64,000 nucleotides of DNA from Octopus vulgaris (lineage: Eukaryota), in NCBI GenBank assembly GCA_951406725.2, contig OX597821.1, forward strand, positions 11,780,001 through 11,844,000. Direction: 5' to 3'. The position numbers were made by a program, and so were the translations under genes. Each line of letters opens with the position of its first letter. The stretch's first letter is position 1. Below the pieces are notes generated by a model that had not been told where the DNA came from, did no database searches, and was given only the letters and a program-made list of their open reading frames with translations. Shown here in pieces: positions 57,074 to 64,000 of the stretch.

Positions 57074-57129
57074 AAGTTGCTTTGCACATATCAGTTACAT
57101 ACATATTACACTAACCGCTCCGACTTTTT

Positions 57130-57196
57130 CTTTTCATCTTCTTCTTCTTCATCTTCTCCTTCTCCTCCTCCTCCTTCTTCTTTATCTTCTGCTTTC

Positions 57197-57227
<31 letters not shown>

Positions 57228-57517
57228 CTTCTTCTTCTCCTTCTCCTCCCCCTCCTCCTTCTTCTTCTTTATCTTCTTATGCTTTCACTTCTTCTTCTTC
57301 TCCCCATCTTCTTCTTTATCTTCTTCTTCTTCTTCTTCTTCTTCTTCTTCTTCTTCTTCTTCTTCTTCTCCTCCATCTTCTTCTTCTTTAATTTCTTCTG
57401 CTTTCACTTCTTCTACTTCGTCTTCTTCTTCTTCTTCTTCTTCTTCTTCTTCTTCTCTCTCCATCTTCTTCTTCTTCTTCTTCTTCTTCTTCTTCTTCTT
57501 TATCTTCTTCTGCTTTC

Positions 57518-57548
<31 letters not shown>

Positions 57549-57595
57549 CTTCTTCTTCTTCTCCTCCTCCTCCTCCTTCTTCTTCTTCTTCTTCG
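57130..57595. repeat. (CTT)n tract with recurrent ctgctttcac interruptions
   Basis: Directly visible. Confidence 0.95.
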
Positions 57596-58482
57596 TCAGT
57601 AGCGAAATACGAAAGATAAATAAAGTAAAGAATAGCGAATATTTCTATGGAAGTAACTAGGCCCATGGTTTCCCAGCAGGTTAGGCCTGAAAGAAATAGC
57701 TGTAAATAGCAGAAAAAGACCAAAAACAAAAAATGAAAAAAAGAAACACATCTCGCTTCCATGATTCCCTGAGACTATCCTGACTAAAATCTCATTGATA
57801 TCAACCTTGCCTTCTATCACTTTCCATTGTTGAATGTATGAAAGAACCGATAGCTCAGAGGTCGATTTAATCGTATATACTCACTTTTACGGAAACAAGC
57901 AATATACAGAGAAAGAACTGTCTTGATAAAATGTCATATAACTTCGCACCTTATTATTTATTTCTAAGGCAAATACAGAATAATATTTCGATGTGATCTT
58001 ATGGCGAAGACAGTGACAGTTTTTGATAACATTACCGTGATAGCAAGATTCTTTCTCCTTAGAAGAAGGAAAAGAAGAAAAGCCAATTAGACTATAATGA
58101 AACTATATTGAAATAATGAATAAATTAATAGTGTAAAGCGATATAACACATAAATACAATGTACATATATAAGTAAATTGTACTCACCTTCATTAATCAG
58201 GGCAAGAGTTTCAACGGCAAATTATAACAATAAGAGTAATAGAAATTATATGTTGGATATCGGCATCGTAGAGAAAAAACGTTGATATTAGCAACTTAGT
58301 AATCTGAATAAATAGATACAAAACAAAAATTCCATGATAGTACAGCGAAAGAAGTAGGGGACAGCATTTTCGCATTCATGCACATAGTGGACTAATTAGG
58401 TTTTACGTCTGTAAGATGGTTGGAAAGACGCAGCCATAGAAAAGAAGAGTAAAGAGAGTAGCTGTGTGGTAAGTAGCTCATA

Positions 58483-58586
58483 GGCGTAGGAGTCGCTGTG
58501 TGGTAAGTAGCTTGCTTACGAACCACACAGTTCCGGGTTCAGTCACACTGCGTAGCACCTTGAGTAAGTGTCTTCTACTATAGCCT
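58483..58586 (+). mobile_element. SINE family B 5' head only
   Basis: ggcgtaggagtcgctgtgtggtaagtagc...gtgtcttctactatagcct. Confidence 0.85.
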
Positions 58587-58909
58587 TACTGTGTTGATTT
58601 ATCTTTCCTCTTAAGTTCTTCACTCCTGCTCCAGAGCGTCGGCTGCGGGGTCATTCCGAAAAGTTCTACCTGCGACGATTTCATCTCAATCGAAGGAGAG
58701 GAGCTTTCTCCGTCCGGGTTGCGACTCCGTGGAGCAAGCTGCCAGACGAGATGGTGAAGATGCCGACGACCGCTTTGTTCAAAGCCTCCCTTGACCTCAA
58801 GTGGCCTGAACTCTTTACATGAACACCACCCTGTACTTAACTCCATGTCCCCCTACATGGCCTTGCTATTTGCTTTTGAGCCAAATTAACTAACTAACTA
58901 ACTAACTAA
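58587..58909 (+). mobile_element. CR1-clade LINE 3' end with (CTAA)n tail
   Basis: FFTPAPERRLRGHSEKFYLRRFHLNRRRGAFSVRVATPWSKLPDEMVKMPTTALFKASLD, stop at 58820-58822; matches the CR1 RGH..FS.RV..W..LP..FK..LD terminus. Confidence 0.9.
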
Positions 58910-58919
58910 ATGGAGAAAG

Positions 58920-59125
58920 ATATAGTGCTAGATATAAATATATGCTATTTGAGGCAAGAAATATTGCGCAAAAATGTGAAATTGTTCTGGGAGAAGAACA
59001 GCATAACAAAGCAGCTGAAGAAAATAGACAGTATATAGAACAGTTAACAAATGCAGTGTTGTACCTGTGTAAACGAGTGTTGGCTTTACGTAGACACGAT
59101 GAAGGAAGTAACAGCCTCAATAAAG
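58920..59125 (+). mobile_element. hAT (Tip100/ZMYM1-like, DUF4371) transposase fragment
   Basis: HNKAAEENRQYIEQLTNAVLYLCKRVLALRRHDEGSNSLNKG resembles NR..L..LI.AVLFL.KQ.LAFRGHDES..SLNKGN. Confidence 0.7.
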
Positions 59126-59333
59126 GAATTGCCGTGAACCGCTGCGATGCTTTGCTGAAATCGACAGCGTGTTTGCTTCTAGACTTTCTACTAGAAAGTA
59201 GTCGAAACAGTCGAACAGACTCAAGCGCAATAAAAATGACCTAATACAAGCGATTGGAAATGGCTACAGGTAATCCTGTACGAGCCGACAAAACTACAGA
59301 CTCTCGCCCCTTTAATGTCTCTGCTACTCATGC

Positions 59334-59404
<71 letters not shown>

Positions 59405-59426
59405 ATATATATATATATATATCTAC

Positions 59427-59468
<42 letters not shown>

Positions 59469-59479
59469 CTGTGTGTGTG

Positions 59480-59720
59480 TAGGCACAATGGCCCAGTGGT
59501 TAGGGCAGCGGTCTCGTGGTTTCGATTCCCAGACACCTAAAGTTCCACAAGGCTCCGGTAGGGGTTTGTGGCGATCCCTGCTGTACTCTTTCGTCACAAC
59601 TTTCTCTCACTCTTTCTTCTGTTGGCCTGCTCGCTTAGCCAGCGGGGTGGCGTCATTTGAAGTCTAAAACAATGCAAAGCGCATTGTGACCAGCGATGTG
59701 TACCAACATCAGTCTGGTCG
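59480..59720 (+). mobile_element. SINE family C variant, internally deleted
   Basis: ggcacaatggcccagtggttagggcagcgg head; ggctccggtagggg..ctgtactctttcg shared with the 46850 copy. Confidence 0.75.
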
Positions 59721-59742
59721 GTGACGATGATATCACGGTGAC

Positions 59743-59808
<66 letters not shown>

Positions 59809-59819
59809 TTATTTATATA

Positions 59820-60005
59820 GTTGTTTCAGTCATTTGACTGTGACCGTGCTGGAGTACCACCTTTAGTCGAACAGATCTACCCCGGGACTTATTCTTTGTA
59901 AGCCTAGTACTTATTCTATCGGTCTCTTTTGCCGAACCACTAATGTACAGGGACGTAAACTCACCAACATCTGTTGCCAGGTGGGGGGACAAAGAAAGAC
60001 ACAGA
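59820..60005 (-). mobile_element. SINE family B 3' half
   Basis: ttgtttcagtcatttgactg...ttattctatcggtctcttttgccgaac. Confidence 0.82.
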
Positions 60006-61056
60006 AATGCATACATGCATATATATACACACATACACACACACACACATATATATATATACATGTGTGTGTGTGCTTGTGTATGCCTATGTGTATATGT
60101 ATGTATATATTCATATATGCATATATATATATATATACATATACGTATGTATATGCAATTGATCATGCGTTTGTATACATGCCTAAAAGTTTGAGATATA
60201 AAATTTAATACGGATAATGATAAATGTGGTTTGTCATTAATATCATAGATTAAAATTAGTAGAGATTTTAGACGTATTCTTTAGAAAGAAATGTTTATGT
60301 TGAATTTTGTATTTACACCTTCCCACAATCCTAGCTGCAGATCTATTCACTTTGTGAGCAAAGACAGTGTTTTCGAAATATTAACTTGAAGCGTCAACGT
60401 ATTGGTGTTCAGCGATGCAAGGATAACTGATCGACTAGACTTGATACCGAAGAAAACAATATATCTGATAGCAATATCCTTTAGAAATTGTCCAATTAAG
60501 CAAAGATATCAATAAAAGATGGCAATATCCCACCAGCCCCCGGCGTGTACAAGCAAATTGTGCATATCTAGACTTGACACGTTTCCTTCTTATGTTACAA
60601 TTCTTTCATCTTTTATCAAATTATTTTGACGTTTTACACTATTTCTATCAATTACAACATATTCACCAATAAATGATAGTTGTTATAATTCATTATAAAC
60701 GTCTTAATACAGCTGTATTACACTATTGATGACAGCTGCTATATTAAACGATAGCAGATGATATTCGATAATAAATCTCTAAAGAAAATATTATTCATAT
60801 TAAATAAAAGGATATCTTTTATTTATCGAAACACAAGAAAGAGTAGACTACTTTCAGTGACACAAACACTACGTTTCATTGTACTGGAGAAGTTTAATGA
60901 AAACTGTATTGTTTTCCTTGGCATCTGTAAAACTTTCCACTACGTCTTCTGTGTTGTTCTCTTACGAAAGACACTGCTCATGGCTCCTATCGCTATCTTG
61001 CCCCATGGAGCCCTCTCTTCATTTCAGATGGTAGCATTGCAGAGTGTAGTAATTGT

Positions 61057-61392
61057 GAAGGCGCATGGCTCAGTGGTTAGAGCGTCGAGCTTACGATCGT
61101 GTGGATGTGAGTTCGAATCCCAGATCGGGCTATGTGTTGTGTTCTTGAGCAAGACACTTATTTCACATTGCTCCAGTTCATTCAGTCGTAGAAATGAGTT
61201 GCGACGTCACAGTTGCCAAGCTGTATCGGCTGCTGCCTTTCCCTTGGATAACACTGGTGGCGTGAAGATTGGAGGCCAGTATGCATGGGCGACCGCTGGT
61301 CTTCCATAAACAACCTTACCCGGACTAGTGCCTGGGCAGGGTAACTTTCTCGGTGTGCAAGCCCATGGTCTGTAATAACCGAAGGGGGTCTC
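61057..61392 (+). mobile_element. tRNA-derived SINE family C variant
   Basis: A-box tggctcagtgg, B-box gagttcgaatccc, core gttcttgagcaagacactt..gctccagt. Confidence 0.82.
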
Positions 61393-61421
61393 AGCAGTAA
61401 CTGAGTGTATTGTTTAACGTG

Positions 61422-61453
<32 letters not shown>

Positions 61454-61860
61454 TACAAATAAAAAAATGGAGGAACAAATTCATTTCGATCATCAACTTA
61501 CGGATATTCCAATTTCATATTATTTATTAGTTATACAAATAGGAACATGAAAATCGAACAAAAAAAATATACAACAATAAGCAAATTAATAATACGATAA
61601 AAATATTACAAATAGGCTGAAACAGCTGTAAGGAGCTGTTTATTTGTATTATTAATTTGCATATTGCTGTATATTGCTTTGCTCGATTTTCATGTTCCTA
61701 TTTGTATAACTAATAAATAATATGAAATTGGAATATCCGTAAGCTGATGATCGAAATGAATGTGATCCTCCATTTTCTTATTTGTATTATGAATTTACGG
61801 TAAAATATTTTTTACTTTCACCCATTCAATACAATAAATGAATTAATTGCATTGCAATTA
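61454..61860 (+). mobile_element. (TA)n-adjacent fold-back element with 3' half of an HHR
   Basis: Inverted repeat 61454-61595 / 61646-61786; loop contains GAAAC-AGCT-GTA-AGG (61619-61633) with palindromic ACAGCTGT. Confidence 0.7.
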
Positions 61861-62162
61861 TAAGCATTTATGTATTTAGTATTTGAAGATCAGAAGATCA
61901 GCTTCCCAGAATCTGTGGCGTATATATTCCGCCAACCCCTGTAATGGATGCTAGTCCGTCGCCCGGGTTACCAACTTTTGCATTCTGAGTGTAATAGAGC
62001 AAGATGAGTTAACTGTTTTGTTCCTGAACACAAAGCACCACCAATACATACCACCCTAACCGCCCAAATAAAAAGAGTTACCATATGTGAATATACAAAT
62101 TCACACATGCAGGCGCACGCATACACACACACACACCCGTGCCTGTATATAGAATTATTAAA

Positions 62163-62327
62163 GGCGCAGGAGTGGCTGTGTGGTAAGTATCTTGCTAACC
62201 AACCACATGGTTCCGGGTTCATTCCCACTGCATGGCATCTTGGGCAAGTGTCTTCTGCTATAGCCCCGGGCCGACCAATGCCTTGTGAGTGGATTTGGTA
62301 GACGGAAACTGAAAGAAGCATGTCGTA

Positions 62328-62384
<57 letters not shown>

Positions 62385-62618
62385 TTGTGTGCGTGTGTGT
62401 TTGTGAGTTTGTGTTTGTCCCCCTAGCATTGCTTGACAACCGATGCTGGTGTGTTTACGTTATCGTAACTTAGCGGTTCGGCAAAAGAGACCGATAGAAT
62501 AAGTACTGGGCTTACAAAGAATAAGTCCCGGGATCGATTTGCTCGACTAAAGGCGGTGCTCCAGCATGGCCGCAGTCCAATGACTGAAACAAATAAAAGA
62601 GTAAAAGTGTAAAAGAGT
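62163..62618 (+). mobile_element. SINE family B, full length
   Basis: tRNA-like head (tggctgtgtgg, gggttcattccc), internal (TA)n(TG)n, taaaagag-type tail. Confidence 0.92.
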
Positions 62619-62651
62619 ATATATGTGTGTGTGTGTGTGTCTGTGTGTGTG

Positions 62652-62699
<48 letters not shown>

Positions 62700-62753
62700 T
62701 GATATTATTCATTAAATTACATAGAAAGAATTAACTCTAACGTTGCATATATA

Positions 62754-64000
62754 CAGCCTTGGCCAAAAGTATTAGGCCACCTTAATGTTTTGGAGTTCTG
62801 CTACCTCAGTGTCAATGAAATTCGTGCACACCGTGGATTATGGTATATTTCACAAAATGCATTAGTTTTAATATTTGATTGACCCTCCTATAGTATCAAT
62901 TACCGCTTTTATATGGTTAGTCTTGAATCAAATATTTTCTAGCAGGTGCTAGGCGCAATTTTACTCCATTCTTCTCTCAACTTTCGGTAGAAGTGCTCTT
63001 TATTTTTAGTTGTTTTGTTCCTGATAGCTTCACCATGAGTTCCCCATAGGTGTTCGATAGGATTTAGATCAGGACTTTGAGCTGGCCAGTGCATGGGAAC
63101 ATTACCCTGTGTCTCAAACCATTGGCGAGTATTCTTTGCTGAATGACATATCCTGCTTTTAGTCATTCATGGATGCAATTTAACAACTGATGGCTCTAAA
63201 ACATCCGATAACATAGAAACATAGGTAGCTGAATTCATCCTTCCCTGACATGAAAACATTTCTCCAGCTCTTCTGGCAGACATGCAGACCCACACCATGA
63301 TAGAAGCATCCCCATGTTTTATGGTCAGTACCAGACATTCAGCCTTAAATGCTTCTCCAACTCTGCGACGCTGAAAAGGTTGCACCAGATGTACCGAAAT
63401 CCTGAGTAAAAGTATGAAAAATGATATTAGCTCCATGCTGGATACTTTTATTTATATATATTTTGGACAACAAACCAATTACATTAAGTTTATATGTTGA
63501 TTGAATACATGTACTATCTTACCACATAGTTACTTTCAACAGCTCATATAAATTTCGACCATTGCTCACTGGTTCAATTGGAGTGGTGTTTGGCCCACTG
63601 AAGACGTTTTTGCATATTCGCTTCCGAAACCCAAAGCTTCTTCCTGGCTTTACAGCTTTTCAGGCCATACTCTACAAGCCTTCTTCTAACAGTTCTGGCT
63701 GATATTTGTGAAGTACCTGCCTCGTTGAAATCTACACAGAGCTCCCACGATGTTTTTCTCCTGTTTTTGAGTGATTGACGGATGACGGATCTGTCATCAG
63801 GAGGTGATGTAAACTTTTTTCTACTTGTTCTTTGTATTGTCTTCACATCTTTTCACATCTTTTCTCTCACTGAAGTGTTTGAGAGCCATTTGCACCGTAC
63901 ATCGAGAACATTTCATCTTCTGAGCAATTTCCCTTTGAGACGTTCCATCTTCATGGTGAGCTACAACTTGACCTCGCTCACACTGACTCACACTCACTCA
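62754..64000 (-). mobile_element. Tc1 (DD34E) transposon with intron, decayed, runs past the window end
   Basis: TA|cagccttggccaaaagtattagg TIR; SARTVRRRL, KRLQWAK, TIKHGDASIMVW, WPAQSPDLNPIEHLW; GT-AG intron 63522-63402. Confidence 0.92.

Noticed and set aside
59146-59220. Hairpin followed by GAAAC-A-GTC-GAAC
   Set aside because: No recognisable CUGANGA half and no second copy
61744-61756. CTGATGA-TC-GAAA hammerhead-like string
   Set aside because: No stem II and no supporting stems I or III

Overview
AT-rich eukaryotic, non-genic (intergenic or intronic) DNA. The repeat content (three abundant tRNA-derived SINE families, very dense di/tri/tetranucleotide microsatellites) looks like an Octopus genome; this is inferred from repeat recognition, not a search. 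No host protein-coding exon can be supported, and nearly all ORFs in the track are microsatellite artefacts. Recognisable elements are Tc1 and mariner transposons (one Tc1 has a GT-AG intron in its DDE domain), a Gypsy pol fossil, RTE, CR1 and R4/Dong LINE ends, Helitron pieces, a hAT fragment and a gag-only ORF. The strongest signal is a set of at least seven sequence-unrelated short element families, mostly (TA)n-flanked and often fold-back, each carrying a complete, partial or variant type I hammerhead ribozyme (HHR) motif with a palindromic stem III, as known for Penelope-like elements and retrozymes. The best case is a near-perfect 446-bp palindrome at 11912-12357 with an HHR in each arm and a 24-bp flanking duplication. 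All motifs were read by eye and need Infernal/RNAmotif searches and cleavage assays.
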